Assembly: GCA_030390025.1 (NCBI GenBank)
Contig: CM059432.1
Span: forward strand, 85,314,001-85,378,000
DNA from: Squalus acanthias
Lineage: Eukaryota
Reading direction: 5' to 3'
DNA length: 64,000 nucleotides
The notes beneath the pieces were generated by a model. The model saw only the letters and a program-made list of their open reading frames with translations, ran no database searches and was not told the DNA's origin. This document shows, one piece after another, positions 52,141-64,000 of this stretch (the first letter of the stretch is position 1; every line of letters starts with the position of its first letter). The position numbers and the translations under genes were made by a program.

Positions 52141-53653
52141 ATTGTTACATCAGCAGGGGGGAGTTCTGTTGGTTTAGAGGGGGGAGTTCATTCTGCAGGG
52201 GGAGTGGATTTGTGAGCTTAGGGGAGGGGTTCCCAGAGAGTGCATTTTGCCTCAGTGGGGGAGGGCATGCTGGAATATGAATTTTGGCTGACTGAGAATT
52301 CTTCCTCAAAGGGATGTCAAACTTGGATTTTTGCCTCACTGTGGGGGGGTCATTTTGCATTATTTGAGCGAAAGTGGAGTACTGGCATATTAGCAGAGTA
52401 TTTTATCAGGTTCTAGTGGTGGAATGAATTTGGGTGAATTTCTCCACTTCACGGATGTGTTGTTGAGGGGTGTGATCATGATTCATCATTCAGCTGCTTT
52501 GTTTCCTCTTCTTTGCATGGGAATGCAGCTTTTCAGGTAATTGTTCTGCTACCACAGACTCATCCGGTCTCTGGATATTGTTGTGCAGAGGCTGAATTTG
52601 CTTACCTCAAGCTCTTTACTGCAGGTCCAATTGCTAGTTCTGTTGTACGATGAGGTATTCAGCCATCTTTTTGCAGTCCATGCTCAGCCATGGCCGGCCG
52701 AAGGTCCCTTTCAGCTTGTTCCTTAACTAACCTTTCTATTGATTTTCCATGTCCAGCATCCTGCAGATTTTTAAGGTGCTTTGCAATTTTTTAAAGAACC
52801 TTTTTAAAAAAACATTTTCCCTCTTGCATGATATCAAAGGTGGCTTACTTATTTTTGCTTTGGGTGACCCTATCAGACAACATTATATCATGTAATGTTA
52901 TGCTCACAGTACCACCCACAGGTGCAACCTTTAGAATACTGTGATCAAACACCATTTTAAATATATAAAAGATTTTATCTGGTTCTCTGTATGTAATCTA
53001 TATCAATTAAAAAGTATCAGACATATCTTTCCTCCCTCTTCTAGGACACACACATCAGGAAATTGGATTGGAATCTACTATTCATGTCTAAAGTTTATAA
53101 GATGCCCAAATTAGCCTGCCTTTGGACTGATCCACATAACCCAGTCCAAATAATACCAGTAGGTAACCAAGCCAAGTTAAATCCAACAGAGCTGCAGACA
53201 ATGCTGAGTGAAGTGTACTTAACTCCCACTTATCAGTCATGAAAGATGAAGTTGGACACAGAGGTGCATCTATTTAATAACATGTATGATAACACAATTA
53301 ATACCATCACAAGGTTAAGCATTGAGAATTACATAAAGCACTTGGATATGTACTATTAATTGGCATAGTCTTGGGGCTGGATTTTGCCAGTGTGGGAGGG
53401 CTGGGGCGTTTCAGGTGGTTTTCCTGTCAGGACCCCGACTCCGATGTGATGTGGGAAAAATGTGTGATTTTCCCCTAATTGGGCACTTGAGTTCCAGCGT
53501 GTGGGAACCCCTGGCCCAATTAGTCTTTCCATCCAGAAAGTCGCCTCCGATGACGTCATCAGTGCTGCTGCTTTTAAGGCCTGCAAGCAGCCTTGCTTCT
53601 TCTGGAGACTGCAATCTTTATGCTGATTGTACTGAGGAATTTATTGTACGAAT

Positions 53654-55594
53654 ATGTCCACCAGCAGGCAAAAATGTGCTCCACGATTTGATGAGCCCTC
53701 CCTCCAAGCTCTGGTGGAGGGAGCAAGAACCAATAAGGAGGTGCTCTTCCCTTCCTCAGGGAGAAAAAAGCCACCACAATAAACTAAAACTGTGTGGCTA
53801 CAAGTGGCCCGGGAGGTCAATGCCATCTCTATGTTCCGCAGAACCTGGCTGCAGTGCAGGAAGAGGTTTCATGACCTTCTCCGCACAGGAAAAGTGAGTA
53901 TGACTTTCTCATCACCCTCAATCTCATCCCCATCGCCTCTCCTCACCAGCACTCTGCTTTGCCAACCTCTTTCTCCACATCCCACTTGACACTGACATCC
54001 CTGCACCCTTACCCATTCCCTCTCTCTCTATGGTCACATTCACTTAACTATTTGACCATGCAGCCCTCACACTCTCTATCACTGTGATGCAATGACAACA
54101 ACTTACAACACACAGGGAGGGCCCTTGGTATCCTTCTAAGCATCTATGCTATAGATTCTCTTCACTCACTCCTTCATTCTCACTCAAACTCCACTTCTGT
54201 CCCTCATTGCAGGAAAAGAGAGCCCACAATAAGAGGGAAAGAGCGAGGACAGGAGGAGGGCCACCCTCAGTAGCCCAGCTCACCATTTCGGAGGAGGCGG
54301 CCCTGGAAATCACCGGGATCGAGGAGGATTCCCAAGTGGGGGGCGGACAGGCAGGGCGCATCACAGCAAGCTGGTGACAGAATAGTTTGGCATCTCTCAT
54401 TGACATTGCATGAGTCACTGATAATGAATCTGATGCTCTAACACATTGACTTCTGATCAACTGCACTATTCAATGTGCATGTAACCTTGACCTCACAGCT
54501 CTAACTCTTTCCTTTACTCCACCACAGGACCATCGAGAGCCCCCGTCCCCACTGTCCATGAGGAAGAGCCTGAGCTTCCAGACTCCTCAGAGGAAGCTGC
54601 AACCTCTGAGGGTGCTCCGTCACCAGAATTAAGTGCACACATCACCAGCGCAGACACTCACACCTCGGTGGGACCTTCGGGACATAGAGTAGAGTTGTCA
54701 CCTGGTGTATCACAGCTCACAAGTGAGCATCAGCAGATGGTGGAGACAGGGACAGCAGTGGAAAGTCCTCGTCGGAGGGCACAGGATTCTGCCAGCTCGG
54801 CTCAGCTGCATGTCGACCCTGTGCCTCCGGGTCCATCCAGAAGGAGAGCGGTGCTGGAACTCCAGGAACAGGCGCAGGACTCTCTGTCAGGTTTTGTCTC
54901 CAGGGTCGCTGCGAGTGTGGAGCGAATGGAGGAGTCCATCGCGAACATGAGCAGAGCCTTTGTGGAGGCATTGGCGCATGAACGCATCACCACGGAAAGG
55001 ATGGCAACCTCCGTGGAAAGGATGGCTACAGTAGAGGAGAGGATGGCTACGGCCATGGAGGAGCTAAGTCGCCAGAGTGTAGAAAACATGGTCATTGTTT
55101 AGAATAGACTGGCATCTCTTGAGGAGCGATGGTCAGCTATTGAGCATAGAAACCAGACCTTCATGGAAGTCCTCTGGAGTCGGACTTCCAGTGCAGAAAC
55201 GGGTCCTCATGGCCCCCCTGCAGTGCAGCAAGGTGCTGTCCAGCCACTTGCTAGCTCTGAAGTGGGGCTGACCCATGAGAGGGATGTTGGTGGCAGACAA
55301 CAAGGAAGTGGGGGCTCCTCTCCAAGCGCTCACACGACCATGCCACTGCAGAGCCCTCGGCCAGAGCCCCACCAGAGTCCTCACCCAACTGAGATCGGCG
55401 TCTCAACCCCTGCACAGCCGCAGGAGCAGCAGACTGTTGCTGAGCCCTCACAGGCTCACAAACCCAGAGGACGCCCGCCAAAGGTGTTGAAGCAGGAGCA
55501 ACAAGAGAGTGAGCAAGGGGCCTCCACATCTGCTGAAGCCACAGGGGAAGCACCACGTAGGAGCACGCGTAAGAGGAAGATAATGCACAAATAG
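53654..55594 (+). pseudogene. Harbinger Myb/SANT-like protein, 3 exons (53654-53893, 54213-54373, 54528-55594)
   Basis: PRFDEPSLQALV..W.QVAREVNA....RTWLQCRKRFHDL and ERARTGGGPP; GT-AG introns; in-frame stops at 53780 and 55100; phase mismatch at the exon 2/3 junction. Confidence 0.85.
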
Positions 55595-55852
55595 TCACAA
55601 GGGTAGTCACTTGGGTGTAATGTTGTGTTTAATTTTGAAAAGCCATCAGGTGCTTATTGTCATAAAAAATTCTGATGGCAAACTGTTGCAGTTGTGGCGT
55701 GTGTCATTTCGCTAATGGGACTTCCACATTGAGGGCTTAGGGTGACTTGCAATTGTCAGTATGGTGGTCAGAGTGATAGGAATCCACAGGTTCATGGCCA
55801 TTGTCGATGCTCTGGTAAGAGGCTGCGAGGCAAAAGTGCTTGATTGTCTAGG

Positions 55853-57093
55853 CTAAGCAAATCTGGCCAAGTTGAGTGCGTCCCTTGCATCCTGGGCAGC
55901 AATGTGCTCGCATGCTGCTGCCGCTGGTTGATGCGCCTCTGCAAGCTGTTCGTTGTCGCTCTCCTCCTCCTCCTCCTCCTCATCTGAGGAGGCTATGTGA
56001 TGAGCCACTTGTTCCTCATCATCTGCAAGCCACGATGCTGTGCCATGTTGTGAAGTGCACAGCAGACCACGACCATTCTGGAGACCCTGGCTGCTGAGTA
56101 CTGCAGGGCTCCACCTGATCTATCAAGGCATCTGAAGTGCATCTTCAGCAAGCCGATGGTTTGTTCGATTATGGATCAGGTGGAAATGTGGCTGGAGTTG
56201 TAGCGCTCCTCAGCTTCGTTGGATGGGCTCCTCAATGGCGTCATTAGCCACATCTTCAGGGGATAGCCCTTGTCTCCAAGTAGCTATCCGAAAAGTTGGT
56301 CTGGTGGACTGAAGAGTGGATGCACACTAGACTGGCGCAGGATGAAGGAGTCATGGCAACTGCCAGGGTACTTGGCGCAAACATGCAAAATTTCCTTCTT
56401 GTGGTCACACACCAGCTGTACGTTGAGGGAGTGGAAGCCCTTGCGGTTGACAAAAATACCTGGATTGTGATGGGGTGCCTTAAGGGCCACGTGTGCAGTC
56501 AACGACACCCTGCACCCTTGGAAGCCTGCCAGATTGTCAAACCCAACCGTACGCACAGTTACACTGGCTTGATCCTTGGAGAAATTGATGTAATTGTGAG
56601 CGATGGCAAAGAGGGCATCGGTTACCTGCGTGATGCAAGTGTGTGCGGCCACCTGGGAGACGCCGCTAATGTCTACTGCTGATCCCTGGAATGAGCCTGA
56701 AGCAAAAAAGTTGAGTGCGGTGGTGACTTTGACGGCCACTGGTAAGGGGTGTCCACCTGCTCCTCTGGGCTCCAGCTCTTGCTGCAGCATTGCACAGATG
56801 TCACCCACTGCCTCCCGCGAAAGTCGGAGCCTCCTTTGGCACTGCTGTTCAGTCATGTTGAGGTAGCTGATCCTCTGTCTGTAGACCCTGTTTTGGGGGT
56901 ATCTCCTGCGCCGACGTGCTTCCATGTGTTGGCGCCTTCTGGCCTGTGCAGCTTCAGGTGGGTGAGCAGCAGGTTGGAGCTCCTGCTGTTGCTCCTGCAG
57001 TTGGTGCTGCTGTTGTTCAGGGTTCTGCTGCTGCCGCGGCTGGTCTTCGTCCAAATCTGATGTCCAGGAGGAAAGGAAATAAATAGTTCCCAT
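55853..57093 (-). pseudogene. Harbinger (HARBI1-like) DDE transposase
   Basis: [49 protein letters not shown]. Two stops, plus compensating frameshifts around the first catalytic Asp. Confidence 0.9.
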
Positions 57094-58276
57094 TCTTCTG
57101 GTATATACCTCAGTTGAGGAAGCACTCATTAAAGGTGGGGAGAGGGGTTTCCCAGGAGGTCACACTGGAGATGGGTGTCAGGCTCCAAACTTCCAGAACA
57201 ATGAGTAGGCCTGCTAAAAGTTCCCCCAGACCTGAGACAACAAAGTTCTGCCACCTGCAAATGATGATTGCTGAAAACTCCTTTTTAATGGTGGAACTGC
57301 AGCTGTTAGTAAGCAGTCCACCTGTGACGCCGCCAGGATTCACTGGCATGTTCCAGAGGAGACGTGCAGCACGTGGGAAAAGTGTTAAAATCAGAAAGGC
57401 CTCTCAAAATGGGATAATAGAGGCATTAAGTGGTTGTTAAGGGCCTTAAGGGCCTATCCCGCCTCTTGGAGGCGGGATGGAAACGGGGTCACAAAACACG
57501 CATGTGGGAAAATTGCTCGGAGGCGGGATGGAGGCGGGATCAGGCCCGCCCGCCATTTTTGGCGATTTTAACAACTCACACGCCTCCAATCCCGCCTCCT
57601 CGGGCCTGGCAAAATCGAGCCCTTGGTCTTCATAGGCACAACAGTAATTTAAGTATCTCAATATCTCAATATTAGTTGGGTTTTGTTTAATAACACTATG
57701 ATAGATGTTCAATGTCTAAGATTACAGTACGGCTTAGCAGGATTAAGTTGACTGTGGCATTCAATGTATAACTGATATATTTCCAATATTCAGGCTATCC
57801 CTCTGTGATAAGACATACAACTTCATCCTTTGTAGTAGGTTAGCTGCTGTAGCATTGAGGTGTTCTGCCTTCCTCTAAGATGGTTGGATTTCACCTCTGG
57901 AAATGTCTGCCACATGTCACTGTCCATAGTTATTCTTCAGTCATCTTCTCCTACCTTAACTAACAATGCACATATGTCTTTTTATTGTTATGTTATCTTT
58001 TACTCAGAAAATTGCAATACATTTTACAAGTTTACTTCTTTTTTATTGAACACAATCTTTCTTACCCTTCTAACTTTCACTCTTAACACTTTCTCATGCT
58101 TGGAGACCTGTTTCCAAATGTCTTTGCAGTTTCCTTTTCGCTTTCTAACCTTCCCAAAAAAGCTTCAGATTTTGGTAGGCACAGCAGTACCTTAAAAAGC
58201 TTTATTTTTACTAAATAAATTCCATTTGTGGGTACATAGTCATCGAGGACAAAGATGACCTATTCTGTCCTTTTTC

Positions 58277-58350
58277 AGAGAGCCCACAATAAGAGGGAAA
58301 GAGCGAGGACAGGAGGAGGGCCACCCTCAGTAGCCCAGCTCACCATTTCG
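58277..58350 (+). repeat. 74-bp exact duplicate of 54217-54290 outside the transposon
   Basis: Identical sequence at offset 4060, bracketed by TTTCAGA on both sides. Confidence 0.9.
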
Positions 58351-58454
58351 TTTCAGAAGTTATAATTGCTCAAGTTTGACAAGGAACAAGTTTTCAATTA
58401 AGTGTTATACTTCTTTCTGCTGTTCAGCTATTAAATTATGATAAGGAAGACATC

Positions 58455-59361
58455 GGGGGCAATTTTAACCCCAAAAAACGGGTGGGTTGGGGTCAGGTGG
58501 GATGTTAAAGAGTTAAAAAACTGAATCCTGACCCCAACCCGCCTCCAACCCGACCACTTCCAGTTTTAACAGAGGCGGGACAGGGTGGCGGGCAGCCAAC
58601 CCACTCCCAGGAGGCGGGTCGCCTATTTAAATATTATAATGATGCTCCATGCCTCATGGTGATCCACCATTTCAAATTTAACTCTGGCTGGCCAGGTTTC
58701 CCAGGCCTCGGGGAACCCGATCGGACACCCCCCGAATCTTCCGATCTCCCCCCGAACACCCCCCGAGCCCTTCGATCCCCATCCCGAGACCACCGACCCC
58801 CCCACCCATGAGGCCTGCAACCCCCCACCCCTCACAAGGCCTCCAATCCCCTCTTCAGCCTCCGATCCTCAGCCCATGCCCCTTCGTCCCTGTTCTGGCC
58901 TCTGATCACTCCTCCGGCCTTCTGCCATCCTCGCTCCAACCCCGAACACCCCTACAACCTTCCAACCTCCCCCCTTCGGCCTCCCCCCCCAAGCCCTGAT
59001 TCCCCTCCGGTCTTCCCCCTCCGGCCCCGATCCTCCTTCGACCTCCCCTCTCCACCCCAAGTCCCCTCCGGCCTCCTCCCTCCGGCCCCGATCCTCCTCT
59101 GGCCTCTATCACTCCCCATCCCGATCCTTCCCTCCCTCCTCTCTGTGGCCTGGTGCCACAGGCCTACCTGCCCGACAGACAGCCAGCCAGCCAGCCTCTC
59201 CATCTGGCTGGCTGCGGGCGGGAATCAGTGCTTCAAAATGCTAATCGGACCCTGCCTTTAATTCGGCATGGCCTGGCCCCCCGGGTTTCCCGACCACTTT
59301 CCAGCACCCCCGCCCATCCCTCCCCACCGCTCCCTACTCGCCTCCAAATTAAAATTCTGTT
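58455..59361 (+). mobile_element. Family C MITE with C-rich core
   Basis: Homologous to 10657-11560 at both ends. Confidence 0.7.
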
Positions 59362-59364
59362 CAT

Positions 59365-61447
59365 TGTCCCCGATATTTGTTGGGAGGGTGAAGACCCGGC
59401 AATGCCGGGGGCGCAGAGATCCTGACGAACTTAATGGCAGGACCTCATCATTTTTTTGATCTGTTTCCTGCTCGGCCGGCCAAATTGACAGCCTGGCTGG
59501 CTGGAGGGATACCTGTGGCAGTAGGTCGCAATTGGGGGCCTTTGGGGATAGTCCTGACAATCGGGATGGGGGGGGGTGCGGGTAAAATCAGCCATCACAC
59601 CTCAGAGAAGAGATCGGCCATTGCAGCATGGGAGGGAGATCGGCCATCGCCACAGAGGGAAGAGATCGTTCTTCACAGCTTGGGGCAGAGATCGGCCATC
59701 ACAGCTTGGGATAGAGATCGGCCATCACAGCATGGGAGGGAGCTCGGCCATCACAGCTTGGGATAGAGATCGGCCATCACAGCTTGGGGCAGAGATCGGC
59801 CATCACAGCTTGGGGCAGAGATCGACCATCACAGCTTGGGGCAGAGATCGGCCATCACAGCATGGGAGGGAGATCAGCCATCACAGCTTGGGATAGAGAT
59901 CGACCATCACAGCTTGGGGCAGAGATCGACCATCACAGCTTGGGGCAGAGATCGGCCATCACAGCATGGGAGGGAGATCGGCCATCACAGCTTGGGGCAG
60001 AGATCGGCCATCACAGCTTGGGGCAGAGATCGACCATCACAGCTTGGGGCAGAGATCGGCCATCACAGCTTGGGGCAGAGATCGACCATCACAGCTTGGG
60101 GCAGAGATCGACTATCACAGCTTGGGATAGAGATCGGCCATCAAAGCTTGGGGCAGAGATCGACCATCACAGCTTGGGATAGAGATCGGCCATCACAGCT
60201 TAGGGCAGAGATCGGCCAGCACAGCTTGGGGCAGAGATCGACCATCACAGCTTGGGGCAGATATCGACCATCACAGCTTGGGATAGAGATCGGCCATCAC
60301 AGCTTGGGGCAGAGATCGGCCATCACAGCTTGGGGCAGAGATCGGCCATCACAGCTTGGGATAGAGATCGGCCATCACAGCTTGGGGCAGAGATCGACCA
60401 TCACAGCTTGGGATAGAGATCGACCATCACAGCTTGGGGCAGAGATCGACCATCACAGCTTGGGATAGAGATCGGCCATCACAGCTTGGGGCAGAGATCG
60501 GCCATCACAGATTGGGGGAGAGATCGGCCATCACAGATTGGGGGAGAGATCGACCATCACAGCTTGGGGGAGAGATCGGCCATCACAGATTGGGGGAGAG
60601 ATCGGCCATCACAGCTTGGGGCAGAGATCGGCCATCACAGATTGGGGGAGAGATCGGCCATCACAGATTGGGGGAGAGATCGACCATCACAGCTTGGGGG
60701 AGAGATCGGCCATCACAGATTGGGGGAGAGATCGGCCATCACAGCTTGGGGGAGAGATCGGCCATCACAGCTTGGGGCAGAGATCAGCCATCACAGATTG
60801 GGGGAGAGATCGGCCATCACAGCTTGGGGCAGAGATCGGCCATCACAGCTTGGGGGAGAGATCGGCCATCACAGCTTGGGGCAGACATCGGCCATCGCAG
60901 CGTGGGATAGAGATCGGCCATCTCAGCAGGGGGAGAGATCGGCCATCGCGGTGGGGGGAAGAGATCGGCCATTGCAGAGCGGGGGGAGGTCAGCAATTGC
61001 AGCAAAAAGGGGAGATTGCTGATCCCGGCAGGGGAGAGAGGCCACGATCAGCAGGGGAGAGGCCAAAGGCTGTCTTGAGGGACTGGAGGGAGCCCTCCTG
61101 CTTCTCCTGGCCCATAAGGAGTGCTGTAAAAGGCACTTACCTTGTTATGCCTGCAGCTCCCGCCTCTCTTTCACTGTCGGGGTTCCAGAACCCTGAGAAA
61201 CCTGCACAGCAGCAGTGAATTTTAAATCAGGCTCCCAATTGCACTGTGGGAGCCCTATTTAAATATTTTAATGAAGTGTCCCGCCTCTCCACAGCAGGAC
61301 GTTCGGACGCCACGGTATCCACCGCCGTAACAAAGGCGGTGGGTGCGGCGTGATGTGTTGGGGACATGTCCCCCATATTTATGTTTTTAAACGCCCCCTC
61401 CCACCGACCCTCTCCCGCCTGTCGTGGGGGGGGTTAATATTGAGGCC
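59365..61447. mobile_element. MITE-like element hosting the minisatellite
   Basis: Imperfect inverted ends GTCCCCGATATT/AATATTGAGGCC and GC-rich subtermini. Confidence 0.45.
59609..60975 (+). repeat. 26-bp minisatellite (AGAGATCGGCCATCACAGCTTGGGGC), about 52 units
   Basis: Contiguous tandem units without spacers. Confidence 0.95.
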
Positions 61448-61976
61448 ATTGTTCGTCATATCAGACTTTCTCAACGTTCTTGCTAACTTGATAGTCGGAA
61501 CTGCTCAAGTACCATGACACATCGATTAGTCTCTCAGTGAGTAGTTTTTCTCAGGCTCTACTTCAAACTGGCACAAATCTTAATTAGAAGCCCCTGATGA
61601 TACTACAGTGCATGAGCTCTGTTTCTGTGTTTCAGATTTCCCAGCATGCAAGATTAACTATGTTCGCTTTTTTCAGAATGCCTATAATATGTACGAAATG
61701 TCTACTATTACTACAAATGTATGCAAAATGACCCTAGTTTCCATGCAGCAACCTTTCCTGCTTTTTCTTTATTTATCAATATTGCTGTGTCATGCTTTCC
61801 CCTCTTGTTTCTCGAGCTCCATATATGTCATGATACGTGGTCTTCTTCCTTTCTACATCCTCATTGTGTTAAAATCTCCTGCTCAAGTTCATTTTCCCAG
61901 GACCTTAAAACTGTCTTTCATTTCAACTACAATCTTCACTTTCAAAACCCAGAATAGGCATTAACTAATCACTACT

Positions 61977-62484
61977 ACGATAGCAAAATACTGCGGATGC
62001 TGGAAATCCGAAATAACAACAGAAAACGCTGGAAAAACTCAGCAGGCCAGGCAGCATCCGTGGAGAGAGAAAGAGAGTTAACGTTTCAGGTCGATGACCT
62101 TTCATCAGAACTGGGAAGAGCCGGAAATCAAATAGATTTAAGGCCAGGGTAAAGCTGGGAAAAGGGGGAGGGGATAAAGGAACAAAGGGGGAGATGAAGA
62201 GACATTAAGAGACATTAAGAGATATGCAAGGCTAGAGTTGGTGTTAATGTGACAGATTAAGGCTGAATGAAGTGTGAAATCCACTGGCAGAATGAAGGAC
62301 AGCTGCCAGCTTCTAGGAGGAAAAAAAAAAGGTGGGGCGGGACAAATAAAAGGGTGGATAAAATAAAATATAAATGTGATTGGAGCTGAGGTTATGATCT
62401 AAAATTGTTGAACTCGATATTGAGTCCAGAGGGCTGTAGCGTGCCTAAACGAAAGATGAGGTGCTGTTCCTCGAGCTTACGCTG
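61977..62484 (-). mobile_element. Penelope-like element 3' fragment with 14-bp TSD
   Basis: The minus strand encodes RKLEEQHLIFRLGTLQPSGLNIEF (GIY-YIG C-terminus). AACTAATCACTACT occurs at 61963-61976 and 62485-62498. Confidence 0.88.
62076..62112 (-). ncRNA. Minimal hammerhead ribozyme
   Basis: Minus strand reads AGTT-CTGATGA-AAGGTC(atc)GACCT-GAAA-CG-TT-AACT. Confidence 0.75.
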
Positions 62485-62959
62485 AACTAATCACTACTTC
62501 CTGATTTACCACATCTTCTCTTCTACTTTTTCCCAGCCATGGCAGTATTTTTCATGATGGAGCTTTAGCTAAGTATCTCAGTTTAAAAAAAAAGTCTTTA
62601 CTCTTCTATTAGTAACTATCACTTCCATGAAGAACTATTTGCACTTGAAAGCACTTCAATGATGTAGATTATGAGTGGCCCATTTGTATACTGGAACAGT
62701 TCCATTCATTAACTCAGAGATTCGTGCTTCAAACTAGGCTGGGGGCCATTGTGGAGGTGCCAGAGCAGGCAAAGTTTATCAGCTCGGTACTGCTATGTAC
62801 TGACTTTGCCTGGTTCAGGTGTCTGATCTGAACTGACAATTCCATTCTTGGTGAATGGAGCTGCTCGGTGTGCACTTAGACCACCGATCACCTACATTAT
62901 CAGAACAACTTCAGTTTCAAGTCTAGACTCAGATTGGTTGCTACACTTTATACTGAATA

Positions 62960-64000
62960 TCATAGAATGGTTACAGCACGGAAGAAAGCCATTCAGCCCG
63001 TCGAGCCCGTGCCAGCTCTCTGCTAGTCCCACTCCCCCGCCCTTTCCCCGTAGCCTTGCAATTTTTTTTCCTTCAGGTACTTAACCAACTCCCTTTTGAA
63101 AGCCGTGATTGAGTCTGCCTCCACCACCCTTTCAGGCATTGCATTCCAGATCCTAACCACTCACTGAGTAAAAAAGTTTTTCCTCATGTCGTCTTTGGTT
63201 CTTCTTCTCTGTTTCCTGTCACTTAGCCAATTTTGTATCCATGCTGCCACTGTCCCTTTTATTCCATGGGCTTCAACTTTGCTGGCAAGCCTATTATGTG
63301 GCACTTTGTCGAATGCCTTTTGGAAATCCATGTACACCACGTCAACCGCATTTCCCTCATCAACCCTCTCTGTTACCACATCAAAAAACTCGATCAAGTT
63401 GGTTATACACGATTTGCATTTAACAAATCCACGCTGGCTTTCCTTAATTAATCCACACTTGTCCAAGTGACTGTTAATTTTGTCCCTGATTATTGTTTCT
63501 AAAAGCTTCCCCACTACTGAGGTTAAACTGACTGGCCTGTAGTTGCTGGGTTTATCTTTACACACTTTTTTAAACAAGGGTGTAACATTTGCAATTCTCC
63601 AATCCTCTGGCACCACCCCCGTTTCTAAGGAGGATTGGAAGATTATGGCCAGTACCTCTGCAATTTCTTCCTTCACTTCCCTCAGTGTCCTAGGATGCAT
63701 CCCATCCGCTCCTGGTGATTTATCTACTTTAAGTACAGCCAGCCTTTCTAGTACCTACTCTTTATCAATTTTTATCCCATCCAGTATCTGTTCTACCTCC
63801 TCCTTCGCTATGTCTATGGCAGCATCTTCTTCCTTGGTGAAGACAGATGCAAAGTACTCATTTAGTACCTCAGCCATACCCTCTGCCTCCATGCGCAGAT
63901 CTCCTTTTAGGTCCCTAATCGGCTCCACCCCTCCTCTTACTACCTGTTTATTATTTATATGCCTATAGAAGACTTTTGGATTACGTTTTATGTTAGCTGC
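62960..64000 (-). mobile_element. CR1 LINE with an internal deletion near 63205, running off the window
   Basis: DWRIANVTPLFKK, NYRPVSLTS and DFQKAFDKV are fused directly to the RKNFFTQ C-terminal region and the 3' UTR. Confidence 0.88.

Larger units (their letters stand above)
53374..57622. mobile_element. Full-length two-gene PIF/Harbinger transposon (4249 bp)
   Basis: 17-bp TIR GGGCT(G/C)GATTTTGCCAG, TTG TSD (53371-53373, 57623-57625), convergent Myb/SANT and transposase genes. Confidence 0.93.

Noticed and set aside
55853..57129. Host HARBI1 or NAIF1/MSANTD genes
   Set aside because: The region is bounded by TIRs and a TSD, carries stops and frameshifts, and has several local paralogs, so it is a transposon rather than a domesticated gene.
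59609..60975. CRISPR array or repeat-protein ORFs
   Set aside because: Units are contiguous with no unique spacers and there are no cas genes. The ORFs in all three frames are artefacts of a 26-bp period.
61637..61718. Candidate exon (DFPACKINYVRFFQNAY...)
   Set aside because: The acceptor is plausible, but the donor is weak and the peptide is unrecognised.
63161..63700. Novel short RT protein
   Set aside because: It is a chimeric frame created by an internal deletion in a CR1 copy and lacks the catalytic FADD region.

Overview
This is repeat-dense eukaryotic DNA, intronic or intergenic. The CR1, L2, Penelope, SINE and Harbinger families suggest a cartilaginous fish (inference). I found no rRNA, tRNA or CRISPR features and no confidently identifiable host gene; there is one weak 99-nt exon candidate. 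Main contents: (1) a young 4.5-kb Ty3/Gypsy LTR retrotransposon (15789-20268) with identical 194-bp LTRs and an AAAGG TSD, nested in a MITE. It has a single nonsense codon, a YLDN RT motif, a duplicated PPT/LTR start, and a PBS complementary to its own LTR rather than to a tRNA, consistent with self-priming. (2) A full-length two-gene PIF/Harbinger transposon (53374-57622), several deleted Harbingers, and many Harbinger-type MITEs with 3-bp TSDs. (3) CR1, L2 and related LINE fragments. (4) Penelope-like fragments carrying minimal hammerhead ribozymes. (5) A 26-bp minisatellite. (6) Two apparent templated insertions. All alignments were done by eye.
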